Source of the DNA: Eledone cirrhosa
Lineage: Eukaryota
Assembly: GCA_964016885.1 (NCBI GenBank)
Contig: OZ024742.1
Span: 94,116,001 to 94,180,000, forward strand
Direction: 5' to 3'
Length of the DNA stretch: 64,000 bases
Below are positions 13,751 to 26,639 of the stretch, in pieces. Position 1 is the first letter of the stretch, and each line of letters begins with the position of its first letter. A program made the translations under genes and the position numbers. Below the pieces are notes generated by a model that was given only the letters and a program-made list of their open reading frames with translations, searched no databases and had not been told where the DNA came from.

Positions 13751-15269
13751 TCCAATATGAACAGTCTGTTTCAAGTATGGAAGCGTATCGGAGAGGAATC
13801 TGTTTAAACAAGTAATAGAATCAGGTGTCATAATGTTGTGATTTGCGTTCTCCCTTTGAACATTTCTGATAGCATATTTTAATCTAAGCTCTTTGATATC
13901 AAAATCGCCTGAATCCAGTCGTTATACTAACTACTAAACTAATGCGTATATGATTATCTAAAAAAAACATTACCTCGTAATTTTATGTAAGAACAAGTTG
14001 ACTATACCACTAAAACTTTCAAATCTTGATTATTTTCAGAATGATTTCAAAATCACTAAGAAGGGAGAGAAAGAAAGAAACAGTCTAAAGTATATGCTGA
14101 GAAATAAGAGAATAGTGCAGAGAGAGGAAAAGTGGGAATCAGAATGATGGAGCATTTTTTTTTTAGTGGGGGGAGTACGAAAGAGAAAAAACAGTGGAGA
14201 AAGGATGAGCCAAAAAGAAAGAACGAGCTATAGTGTCGTAGTCACCTTATCAGCTTCCTTCTAACAAACATGAGTTCGCCAGAGAAAAGGAAGTATCGTG
14301 AATTTAAGGCGAGCCTACGCAACAGAATCAACATTTCTATCGGTATGATGGTGGTATTAAGAGAATCAAAACAAGACAAGACAGCGGTATAAACAAGTCT
14401 GCCTTGGGCTGTGAATGACCGAAAAAGAGGCGGTGTCTTATTTGGATTTGCAGTATCAGTAGAGGGTCGGATGCCATGCTTTGCCGCATAGAGAATCAGG
14501 CAGACTTGGAGTCTGGTTTAGGGTGCCAACACAAATCATGAGCCAGCTGCATGAGAAACATTTGTAACCAGGATTGAGCAATGAATTTCCTATGTAACAC
14601 TTCCACTTTATATATATGATCAAAAAAGAATAAACTTTCATCCGCAACACAAATAGATCAGCAAAATTAATAATTATTAGAAAATACATGTAACAAAATA
14701 ATTAAACAAAAAAAACAACTAAACATCTTCATGATGATAATGAAAACCAATTACAAAAATATTTGCTGTAGTTAGGGTGTTGTTTTTATTGATATTCTGG
14801 TTGTTTTATGTTGCTACACATAAGGTTGTGGGTCTTTCTGACTTTTTTGTTTTTGTTTTATTTTTGGTGTTTAATTGTTGATTGTGTTGTTTTTATATTG
14901 GATGTGATAAACCTTTCCCTCTCCATTGAAGTGATTACAAATATCATACACACACCATCTTTCATCATCATCATCATTTTACACCTGCTTTTCCCTGCTT
15001 GCAAGGGTGGGATGGGTCCTCTTCAGCACAACATCTATATATATATTATTAGAATGGGTGAGCATGTGTCTATGTCCTATTCCTAATTCTAACACTAACC
15101 CTAATTTTAATTCTAATAATAAACTTTCACACACTCATCTTTCTATACTTCTACCTTCACCTAAAGGAACAATATAACACAAACCGTATACCATTTTTAA
15201 GCACGTTTTATCTGCTTTATTGTATTTCTATTATCATCTACAAGATCTATGCATGTATATATATATATA

Positions 15270-15378
15270 ATTGTTTCTACATTTGGCACAAGGCCAGCAA
15301 TAATCCCAGTGTATTACTGGTACTTTATTTTATCGACACTGTAAGGATGAAAGGCAAAGTTAACATCGGCAGGATTCC
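15270..15378 (-). mobile_element. 5'-truncated S1 SINE
   Basis: Reverse complement of the 3' half of 2542-2725. Confidence 0.88.
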
Positions 15379-15618
15379 ACCATGTATATATATAAGGGGT
15401 GATTATTGTGGAGAAATAGACATATATATATATATATTTTAAACCATTTATTAATGTGTATAGATGCATATATCCATTCTCAAATGCACAGATATTTACA
15501 TACAATGAATAACACTTGCATATAGGTTACTACAATCTATGGGTATGGCTATGTATGTACATGTATGTATCTATGTATATAGGTAGGTAGGTATGTATGT
15601 ATGTATATTTGTGTATAT

Positions 15619-15653
<35 letters not shown>

Positions 15654-15859
15654 CTTATTAATTTACATCTGTTCTTCCTTGATAGTATATACATATATAT
15701 ATACATGTGTGTGTGTGTGTGTGTGTGTACATATACTCACACACAGATCTATTTTATATATATCATCAGCTCATCATTCATAATCATTATTCATGACAGT
15801 TACAACAGTAGCACACATTTGTTACAACATATCCATACATAACCATATGTGTATATATA

Positions 15860-15895
<36 letters not shown>

Positions 15896-16750
15896 TGTAT
15901 GTATGTGTGGGTGTGTATGTATATATATATATATATATATATAATATGTATGTATGTATATATCTATATATATATAGATATATATTCATACATATATATA
16001 TACACACACACACACACATATGTATATATATATATATATATATACCTGCATACACATACAATCATATTACATTACACACATATATACATACATTGCATGC
16101 ATAGATATTTTTTAATGTATTTCTTTTGATTATAATTGTCTTTCCTTTCAGACTTGATTTATTTCAGGCCATAATACAATCCGACTATAGTTCTACACAC
16201 AACAGACTGTATTTGTAGTTGTTCCCTTCTTTCTCTTCTTCCTTGCTTCCCTTTATATTTTTATGTTTTCATGTGTGTTTCATATACTGTTCTGAACATA
16301 TTTTTTTCATTATTGTTCATATTTTGTATTCTCTGTTCTGCTTTTGTTTTCATTTCAATTTTCCTTCCAGTTTTATGGTTTAATAAATTGCTATCCAGAT
16401 AATATTCACATAAAACACACGTTTCATAGGATTTCCCTTTTTTTATGAGGCACTGTCTGTATATTTTTGAAAACTTGTGTGTGTATGTATATACATACAC
16501 ACACACGTATATATATATATATTCATACATATGCTCATATATATATGTTAATAATCATATTTGCATACAAAATGCACGTAAATAGGCACTGTTTATATAT
16601 ATGTATATATATAAATCACAATTTGAGGTAGTGTACTCAATATGTAATGTAGATCTGATGCCTTTATTAAAACAATGACCAATAAGGCACATTGATTTAA
16701 CAAATAACTAAACATATACATATTTATCCATGAAATTATGAATAAACTCG

Positions 16751-16812
<62 letters not shown>

Positions 16813-17407
16813 CGTGTGTCTGATGGTAGCTAAGGTGCTTCCATAGGCGGTATGCCAGTTGAGCACTCTATGCTCTTACAGAGCAGAGTATGATATAATA
16901 TAAAACGAAAAATCAGTGATGCATCTGAACTCAGTTTATTGTGTCTTACAATTGTTTTGCTGGCGGACAGCTCCAGACACGATCATTGTGTGGATCTGTC
17001 TGATTCTGGATCGGCAGGTTCGACGGACATGTCTAATGATTTCGGTGCAAATTCCTTCACTCGGGTGTTAGCGTCAAAATCATCCTCTTCGCACGTCCTG
17101 TTATTGGCTGCTGCTTTTCTACGTCATCATAAATCTGACCAACAGGTGTGAATTCTACTGACCAGCAGCTCTTCCCTTCTGCCACACTTCGATTAATTAC
17201 TACTGGGTTTGGTAATTCACACGTCCACCCGCGCAATCACACAGACATATACACACACTCACACACACACACAATCACACAGATGACAACATCTGTACAA
17301 TAGACTCCCGCTATACACACATGCTTAAGGAGAGCAAATAAAAAAAACCACAGACATATGCATACACAGACGCCTGCCTACATGCCCATATACAGACTCG
17401 CTCACAA

Positions 17408-17467
<60 letters not shown>

Positions 17468-17484
17468 ATATATATACACACACG

Positions 17485-17538
<54 letters not shown>

Positions 17539-18194
17539 TATATATACACACACAAACAAGCCCTTTCGCTACATAGGGTGCTTGTACACACACACACACA
17601 CACATACACACTGGCTCATATACACTCTTACAAATATGCGCATATTCACATACAGGCCCACGCACACTTACAAAGATATATACATATATATATATATGCA
17701 CAAGTAGGATATATACACAAAGTCATATAAAGATACACAATGGGTCATAGAATGGGTCATACATGAAATGATGCATCTTGTTATAAGCATGCACATATAT
17801 AAACAAAATAACCATACACATACATATAAACACACACATATATCTACACATATATATATATATACATCTATATATACACACTAGCAGTTTAGCCCGGCGT
17901 TGTTCGGGTTTGTTCATTTGCTATGAAAAGTTACATACAGGTAAACGTGGTTTGAAAGCGAATAAGCTTATCAATTAAGTGCATAAAGCAGTTGAACCGG
18001 TTATTAAAAGTTACGAACCAATTAGAATTTTGGTCAATCAATGATGGGTTAATAATATTCCAATAGCGAATTTAGTAGACCAAAGTTGCAAGATGGTGGC
18101 CCTGATGCCGCTGGGTGTCAGATCTTTCCGCCATGGGATACCCTACCAGGAAATAGTGTTCCAGACGGCATAGCTCCAACACCTGCACCAACAT

Positions 18195-19456
18195 CTATAG
18201 CACCTCTTTGTAGACGATATTGCGTGTCATCCCTTGAGGAGAGTAAGCAAAAGTCCATTCCTGCTCCCAGCGCGGGAACAGGCAACATAAAGTTGGCCAT
18301 GGGAGAAGCATGACTCCCTCAAATGGATGCCCGCCACCGACAATGTTTGCTATTGTGACTTGTTAATGGACATAGCAAAACATGGTCTCACCGGGAATTG
18401 GGATCGCCGGAAATCGAACGGGATATCTGACGCCGAGGGGAAAAGGTTAATCCTTGGAATGAAAACATTCTCCCCTCTTCCGCACCCCGTTACAATGGTG
18501 GCCTCAATCAAGTGGGTGTCAGTGACTTGACGACCATGCGAGTACCGTTGCACTGCTTTGGTGGACGCAAGTTCCTTATTAGCATAATGGGACAGCCAAC
18601 CCTAAGCTTAATAATGTGAGGTGGGAGCCCTGGGGGCTCAAGGAGATTTAATAACTTAACCAGATAATTAACGATATCGTCGGGGTCTGATTTGAAGATG
18701 TGCTCTTTACCGGGAATCTTCTCAATCAGCTGCTCGTTAATAAAATTAACCATGGTATTTTTCGGAGCAAGGATGACTCTTTCGCTGAGCCAATCGAGGT
18801 GTTTAAAGTTAGATGAGACATTAGGAAAAACTGCTTCCCAAAGGTCAGAAGGGCTGCTCACAATGTTGCACAGGGTGTCGATGGCTATGCCGCCCTTGTC
18901 ATCCGCAGGGATCTTGCCCTCACCAAGTGCTAAAATGTTCTGTGCTGCAGACATGTTGTCACCATGCAAATGAGCACGCATATTTGTGCTCAGGTACAAA
19001 CTATTCATCTGGAGCCACAACATGGACGACTTAAGACAGGCACGCACTTCATCAGCTCTTGTCCCTTTGGGGATGACAGCAGCGTTTTCCGAAAATCCCC
19101 TGATAGCAGAAGGGTTACGCCACCCATAGGAGCCGTAGAATCCCTAATGTCTCTCCGGGCCTAGTCCAATGCCTCAAGGGCACCCTTGTATGCCATTGTG
19201 CACTCATCCCAAACAATGAGGCAACATCTTTTGAGAACCAGAGCTTTGTGTGAACTCTTGCTGATATTGCATGTTGGTGTCTCAGTTTTTACTAAATCCA
19301 AAGGGAGTTTAAAGGTTGAATGTGCTGTCCTTCCTCCCGGCAGCAAAGTAGCAGCGATCCCGGACGATGCAACGGACAACGCAACTTTTTTCTCCTGAGG
19401 AATCTTAGCGAGAATCAAATTCGTTACAAAAGTTTTTCCGGTAATCCCAGGAGCGT
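18195..19456 (-). pseudogene. Helitron Pif1-family helicase remnant (frameshifts and stops)
   Basis: Motifs APGITGKTF, ASSGIAATLLPGGRTAHSTFKLP, LIVWDECTM, GDFRK, LSTNMR, ILAPKN, CNGTRM, QFPVRPCFAMSINKSQ, FSHGQLYVACSR and terminal NIVYKEVL*. Confidence 0.93.
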
Positions 19457-19489
19457 TTTTTATTGGGGGGATAAGGTTTTTTTCTTTTG

Positions 19490-20217
19490 GACCTTGAGGT
19501 ATAACCAGTCAGTAGTTCCTTCAAAGGCTCTGGCGGTTCCGTAAGAGGGGGAAAGGTGACCTTACCGTTTAAGCAGCACATTGCAGGTGGCTCCCCAGCC
19601 CACTTTGTAGCATTGCAGAATTGGCAATTGAAGCGCATCTCGCCTATATTTATGTCAGAGCGCATCGAGTAATTAACGTTTTGCTCATACTTGAAAGCCC
19701 GTAGGTTCCAGTAAGGGCTGTTGGGGCTCGTCACAACGCGTGCAGCTTCTCGCCGTCGACTGTTATGCTTGAACGTAGAACATTGGTCGTGTGGCTGGTG
19801 GGAAGGTCTAGCAGCAATAGCAGAAGCAATATTTGCAATGCTAATGGACCGCCCGTCTGCATCTTCAGAAGCCATGGAAGTAGTCATAGCCGCAGCGTTC
19901 GTAGGAAGGCGAGCCGTCCGTTGTTTTAAACGTTCCAAAGACCTGGAAGCAGCATTAGTCGCATCGTTTCTAGCCAGGCGCTTCGACCTTTGTTCACGGC
20001 TCTCTGAAGCCCTGGAAGAAGCCTGGTATGAAGCCATTTTGGCTAGGCGTGCGGTGCGCTGTTGGAAACTTTCAGCGGCTCGACATTCTGCTGAACATAA
20101 GGCTGTCTGTGAAAGTCTTGAAGCATTTTCCTCAGAGGACTCGTTTGCTATAGTAGCCTTTTGCGCCACTGCTGACGCGGTATGTCGACTGAGGCGACTT
20201 CTCTTTTTAGGTGGAAT
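19490..20217 (-). pseudogene. Helitron RepHel N-terminus (ESxEQRxxRL repeats plus Cys-rich Zn-binding region)
   Basis: ESSEENASRL / ESFQQRTARL / ESREQRSKRL repeats, then IGEMRFNCQFCNATKWAGEPPAMCCLNGKVTFPPLTEPPEPLKELL. Confidence 0.88.
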
Positions 20218-20488
20218 TTTATGACCAAAAGAAAAGGTGAAAGTTACTTCTGCAGAAAAATTGACTTTGAAAGTCTACTGTCTGTTTATGAATATTGTTA
20301 TTGTTGTTGTGATACAAATGTTAGTAAGTAAATGCGTATCGAAAAATAAAGGGTGAAAGTTACTTCAACATAAAAATTGACTTTGAAAGTATAAGGCTGA
20401 TAATTGAATGTAAAAAGATTGATAAGAAAGGCCCCCCCAAAAAATTTACAGGTATTTGTATGTATGTGTGTATATGTATGTATGTGTT

Positions 20489-20520
<32 letters not shown>

Positions 20521-21829
20521 TGTATGTATGTATGTATGTATGTATGTATGTATGTATGTATGTATTAAAGGTTGAAAGTTACTTCAACATAAAAATTGAC
20601 TTTGAAAGTATAAGGCTGATAATTGATTGTAAAAAGATTGATAAGAAAGGCTCCCAAAAAAACTTTACAGGTCTTTGTGTGTATTTTTATGTCGAAAATA
20701 AAGGGTTACAGTTACTTATACAGAAAAATATAGTTTGAAAGTGTAAGGCTGATTGAAAAACTTACAGTTTAGTAAATGAAAGTCAGCTTCGAAATGGAGT
20801 TTGAACGCGCTAATACAAACACACACACATATATCCGTCTTTTAATGTGTCTGTTTGTTTGTCTCTCTTCCTCTTTATCATTATATCCCTCTTTATCATT
20901 ATATGCTATTGTTATTTTTAAAATAAACTGTGTATGCGTTGATTGATTGAAATTCCCGCGTTCCTGTTTCTATGACGTCAATCGTAACCATACCAACATA
21001 TATGTGTGTGTATGCACCCATATATATGTGTGTATATGTTTTTTTTCAATGTTTCTCTTTTTCACAAACACTTATAAGAGAAGGTAGCAATTTTAAGGGG
21101 AGGTGATGAGGGAGTAGATATAGGAAATGTATATCATATGAGAGAGGAGAAATCATCGATTGTTGAAATAAATCGATTTTTCCGTAATTGTGGCATTTTT
21201 TAAACCAATAAGTTCGCCCATGACCCAAGTTAGAATATTTGTAAACATTCTGCTTAATTATTCATTCAATATTTTTGGAATTGTGTAAATGTATAAAATT
21301 GAAACATACATACAGACACAAAAATCTGCCTTTTATAGATAATGATACGTATATACACATATATAAAATAAACGTGCAATATATTAAAAGTATAGATATA
21401 ACGTCACATAGGGATATATAAAAAAGAAGAATGAGGAACGTGTATGCGTATGAGATAGTACACAGGAGAAGCATGGGATATACAGACAATATAATATGTG
21501 TTACAAGATGGAATACGTGGAGAGTATGGACTCTCTATTGGAAAGATACACATGCATGGGGGTGCCTGGCCCGACCGTACTGGAGTATGTCACTGTGGTT
21601 GAGGTATATTGTCCTATAGGTATATTGTATTTGACTGAAAGTCAGTGGAATCCGGGTCAACCTGCCCCGGCTCAGGCGATGTTCTTGCCTAGGGTGACGT
21701 GCAGAGTCGGGTATGCATCTCGGGTTATTTCGGTTTGCCCCACGGGGCATATATAGTCATCAGGGTATGATGTCTGATCCCTTGAACCCATTTCGTTGCT
21801 CTAGTCGACGCACACTCCGCCGCATGCCT

Positions 21830-22620
21830 TTAGCCTGGGCTTCCCAGTGGATTCCATGCGGAGAGTGTGCACCTTCTCTGGTGTCTGCACGTCATGATTA
21901 TTTCCGATTTCAGGTTGACCACATCATCCTTCAGTCTGACTATCTCCATGGCTTCGTATAGGCATAGCCTAGACTTTCTGCCTCCAGTCAAGTATGCATT
22001 CGCATGCCGAACGATACTCCAGTCAAGAGCATACGGGGTGCCTTTGTCCTTCAAGTCCCACACCAGGTTCGCCAGCCTAGTAAAGTGCCTCTTACTCCGG
22101 TCCTTGAAAGAATTCGTGTGGTTATACATCCGCGATTTAAAGGTCGTGGATGTTGCGCCGATGTAGATGCGCTTTATATTGTGTGTGCTAACCACACATT
22201 TATATACCAGGCCCTTCGTCAGGCATCTTTCCTTGCATACATGCCCGCTCTGCAGTTGCACGTTCTGTCATTATGTTGTTCCTTTCGGGCGCCTGGCCCT
22301 TGATCTTCTAGGACCCTCTCCCGATTCTCAGGGTGTTGTTCCGCCGACACGGTGGGCTCTCCTCCGCCACCCATTCCCGCCCGGCGATGGATTGTATGGT
22401 CTTTCGCGGGCGTGGCGGCCACTGCGAGGGCCGGGTTGTGGTTGGAAGGCTGGTCTGCGAGGGGCCCTCCATGCTCCGATGGACGGTCATTCTGCCGCCG
22501 CGGTTGACGGTCGAGGTTTTCCATCTTCGCCGTGTTGGTTTTGGCCATGTAGTCAGCCATGTTAGGTGCTGTGGAGAAGGAAAACTTCACCGTGTGGCGG
22601 TTGAAAATCTTGTGGTATCT
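21830..22620 (-). mobile_element. Penelope-like element 3' part: RT C-terminus plus GIY-YIG endonuclease (frameshifted)
   Basis: RYHKIFNRHTVKFSFSTAPNM, CNCR, then LVYKCVVS...IYIGATSTTFKSRMYNH...LCLYEAMEI...VNLKSEIIMTCRH. Confidence 0.9.
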
Positions 22621-22746
22621 GTTCGACCTAAGAACTAATCTACCTGTTAGGCTAATAGCACCCTCCAAATCAGACATAGGTAGGACCAGCAAGAATATCA
22701 TAGACAGGATACTACCGGTACTTAGGAACGAAACGAGGCTTTTTCA
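22621..22746 (+). mobile_element. Inverted Penelope RT N-terminal fragment
   Basis: Plus-strand LPVRLIAPSKSDIGRTSKNIIDRILPVLRNETRLFQ resembles the PLE RT motif 'RLINPAKSEIGxISKxILDRIN'; it runs opposite to the GIY-YIG piece. Confidence 0.75.
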
Positions 22747-22805
22747 AACAAGATAGCGTAGGACAGAACAAAGGAGAGGCACAAAAACAAAGAAAAGAAT
22801 CCCCA

Positions 22806-22848
22806 GTCACTGAAGAGATCACAGAATGTGTGACGAAAGAACTTTGAC
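22806..22848 (+). ncRNA. Putative minimal type I hammerhead ribozyme
   Basis: gtca-CTGAAGA-G(a)tcaca[gaatg]tgtgaC-GAAA-g-aa-c-T-T-tgac: 4-bp stem I, stem II closed by G-C, very short stem III and a CUU triplet. Confidence 0.6.
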
Positions 22849-23004
22849 AATATATGAACAATCGTCTGGTTCATAAATTCATAAATTTAATTTATAATAA
22901 ATTGAAGTGAAAGCAACTGGCAACATGACCCTCCCAAAGCATAACAATATCGGTTTCAACACACGTTTTCAGATAAAGAATCTTGCTAAACAAATTCAGG
23001 AACG

Positions 23005-23042
<38 letters not shown>

Positions 23043-23481
23043 GTGTGTGTGTTAACATGAGTTTCGCAAAAAAGTTTTACAATAGGGTGATTCTCTTTTT
23101 TGGTAGATTACAACATAAAATATTTGGACATAAGCAAATTCTGTTTTACACCATTAAACTTTGTGGCATTACAAATGTGGAAAGTAGAGACAAAATTATC
23201 TGGAGTTAGCATTAATTCTGATGGCTCTAAAATATTAATTCTGTGAATTAAACTTCATTTCGTTTTAGTGCTTGCTGGAATAATTTCACCAACAGTAAAA
23301 CTCCTCAGAGATTCTACCATTAACAGTTTTATATATATGTTTTGTTTAAATTTTATATAATATCATATATAAAAATTTTCATTTCAGTAATTACAGTTAT
23401 AATCATTATAAAGTTCATTGTTAATGTAATATATTTTATTGAAAACCACAATGTGTGTGATCATGTGTGATCATAGGTCCA

Positions 23482-23640
23482 GACATGGCTATATTTTATA
23501 GGCGTTCACTTTACAACCACATGATTTCAGGTTCAGTCCCCCTGCATAGGACTTTGGAGGGCAGTTGTCTTCTCATATAGCCTCATATTGTCCAATGAAT
23601 TGTGAGTGAAATTTGATAGCTGAAGACTGCAGAAGCTCAG
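23482..23640 (+). mobile_element. Degenerate tRNA-derived SINE (octopus OR-like family)
   Basis: 'caaccacatgatttcaggttcagtcccc...tgtcttct..tatagcctc...ttgtgagtgaaatttg'. Confidence 0.65.
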
Positions 23641-23650
23641 AAGCTCTTTA

Positions 23651-23742
<92 letters not shown>

Positions 23743-24079
23743 ACATATGATTTCCCACAATGCTGTGCCATGACAAAAAGCACAAAATCAACCCTATATA
23801 CTGATCTGGCACCACAACAAAAAAAGCGCCCAGTTCACCATTTAAGATGGTTATTTTGGTGCCACAATAAAAAGCACCTAGTCCACACTATAATGTAGTT
23901 GGGAATAGTATGGGCATCCTTAGGCTGAGGTGATGATGTTAATTTGGGTGACAGATAGAGTTCTATCTTCCAAATATAAAGAGCTGGAAGCAATACTGTA
24001 AAGCTTTAACAAGTTTATCAACTCACAACACTAGACTGGGCTGTTTGTCATATAAAGTATTGTAAATGATATTTGTTAT

Positions 24080-24760
24080 TTTCTTGTTTAGAGTATATGT
24101 TATGTATTGTAGTGTTGGGTAGTTGTGTTGTGTGGGCTATGTTATGTTACTATGTTTTTAATATATAATTTTTTGTGTCTTATGTTATTTATTGTATAGA
24201 TTATATGTTGAATTATTTTATTGTGTTGTGATTATATAGATTGTTTGTTGTGAAAGTTGTGTTATTATATTAGGTGAGTATTGTACAGAGTATGTGTTAC
24301 CTGAGTTGTGTTATTTCATTAGGTGTTTATTGTATAGGATAAATGTGTTGTGTGAGTTGTGTTATTTCAGTTTGTCCTTATTTTCCAGAGTGTATTGTTA
24401 TTTCATTGTGTGGTGATTGAGTAAAAAGTCACCATCATCATCATTGCTGTTTAATGTCCATTTTCAATAAAACCCCCAATAAAATAACACAATGTGATGT
24501 GCATTTCATTGTATAGTGTTTGTATAGAGTATGTGTTATGTAAGTTAGGTTATTTTATTTTGCGAAAATTGTATAAGATGCAAGTTGTGTTAATTTATTG
24601 GGTGGCTGTCTTATAATATTAGGTGGCTATTATGTAAAGAATGTGTAGTTTGAGTTGTCTTATTTTATTACAAGATTATTGTACATGGTATATGTTCCGT
24701 CACTTCTGTTATTTTATTGGGTGAATATTTATGCAGTGTATGTGTTATATTAATTGTGCA
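24080..24760. repeat. Degenerate TG-rich minisatellite (unit about 50 bp)
   Basis: Recurrent 'gagttgtgttatttcatt...tattgtatagagtatgtgtt'. Confidence 0.7.
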
Positions 24761-24784
24761 AAGCTGGCACAATGGAAGTTGTAC

Positions 24785-24819
<35 letters not shown>

Positions 24820-24932
24820 CATCGTCATCATCATTATTATTGTTGTTGTTGTTGTTATTACTATTTTTATTATCATCACTATTTTTATTATCATCACTAT
24901 TTTTATCATTATCACCATCTTCATTATTATTA
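24785..24932. repeat. (ATT)n/(ATC)n/(GTT)n compound microsatellite
   Basis: Direct inspection. Confidence 0.95.
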
Positions 24933-25525
24933 GATGAAAATGAGGAAAACAGTTATATAAGCAGTGAAGCTATTGATGATAACAATAATGATATTAAATT
25001 TAATTCCTTTTCTTTATGTTTTCTAATTAGATATTTATCTATTTATTTATTTTTTGACTGCCATAACCCAGAAAATGTTTTGATCTGTAAAACAGAGGCA
25101 ACAAGCTGGAAGTTTGCTCTATATATACAGGTGGCCTCTGCTGAAAATTGATTTGCATTTAAAACCAAAATATAATACATACACACATATGTACTCATAC
25201 ATGCATATAGATATTATAAATATATATAACAGCTGTTCAGTTTTCAATTATCATATGCATAGGCACGTTCAGATATATACTCATATATTTTTATATATAC
25301 AAATATATGTGAGCTTATATAAGTATCAACACATACATATATATACATATATATTAATATCATATACATTTACACACGCACACAAACACACATGCATTCA
25401 AACCCATACTCAATTACTCATGAATATATTTTTAGTTATAAATATTCATATGAATATTTATAACTAAAAATATCTATATCTATATCTATCTATATATATA
25501 TATACGTGTGTGTGTGTGTGTTTAA

Positions 25526-25566
<41 letters not shown>

Positions 25567-26081
25567 TGCATATTTACAAACAAACATTTAGTCTTTCGTT
25601 TACATCTGTTGATTTTATTATTGAAAATAAGGAACAAACAGCAGCATTGCTTCAAAGAAACTTTAATAATGGTTAAAATGGATTGAACTTCCTTCCTCCT
25701 TTTCAGAAGATTTTCCAAGTGAAGCACTATAAAAAGATTTTGTAATCGATGCACACAAACTTTAACAACTTGATGTTGTTAACATGGTTGTGTATATTTG
25801 TGCGTGTATTTACATATGTACATATGTGTGTATACATATTTACATATGTATGCATATATATATATATTGTTATACTATATGTATAGTGTAAAAGAGTATA
25901 TCTATATATATATATATATGTGTGTGTGTGTTTATATATATATATTATAGAAAAATTTGGATACTGTTTTTTTCTTTTGTGAATCTGTGTGCAAACAACT
26001 ATGTTTGTATATTATTTTGCTATCATTAAAAGAATAAAGGCTTTTGTGTAATCAATTATGTATTGGAAACACACACTCTGA

Positions 26082-26149
<68 letters not shown>

Positions 26150-26639
26150 CATGATAGTAAACTATATTCTTTGTGCAATATTTGCTTTCATTACCCTGTA
26201 GCATCATAAACAATAAATATTGTGGCAAAATTGTTCAGAAGTTTTCTGAGTGAAAATTACTGCTCAAAGGCATCTCTGATTTATGGAAATGTGAATGGTG
26301 GTATCATTCGGTAAAGGTAAACAAGCAATTTCTACTTATCGAAGAATTGTTCTAGTATTTAAATTGAACAACTTATAATATGTTATGTTTGTGTTGGTGC
26401 TATTTCATATTTTTTTGTGTAGGTTTTATTAGATATATTATGAATATTATGAAACAATTTTATTTTAATATTGTTGTCTTGCATAATAAAACTTGGTGAT
26501 CCAAGTTTAAAATGAAAATGAGTCTATGTGATTATATGACTATTAAATAGGTTCAAAAGAGCAAGGTTTCAAGTAGCAGTCACCATATAGCATATATATA
26601 TTTAGTCATAATTACATCTTCAAGAAGATTCCTCACATT

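Larger units (their letters stand above)
17881..20845 (-). mobile_element. Internally deleted, decayed Helitron
   Basis: 3' end on minus is hairpin CCCG-aacaacgc-CGGG followed by ctaaactg-CTAG|T (plus 17881). Rep/Hel coding remnants lie inside and tandem repeats occupy 20230-20760. The 5' TC terminus is not clearly preserved. Confidence 0.88.

Noticed and set aside
15088-15103. Telomere-like ctaaccctaa (also ttagggttagg near 29903)
   Set aside because: Fewer than two full units, which is compatible with chance or repeat-internal motifs.
16140-16210. Possible host exon after acceptor-like tttcctttcag (also cctccttttcag near 25706)
   Set aside because: No recognisable peptide, no convincing donor and no neighbouring exons; small exons cannot be excluded without RNA-seq.
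21720-21770. Minus-strand CTGATGA...tgcccc-gt-ggggca...GAAA just downstream of the GIY-YIG stop
   Set aside because: The position suits a pLTR hammerhead, but no valid stem III, NUH triplet or stem I could be formed on that strand.
24717-25151. Leu/Ser-rich ORF that looks like a membrane protein
   Set aside because: Derived from an (ATT)/(ATC)/(GTT) microsatellite.
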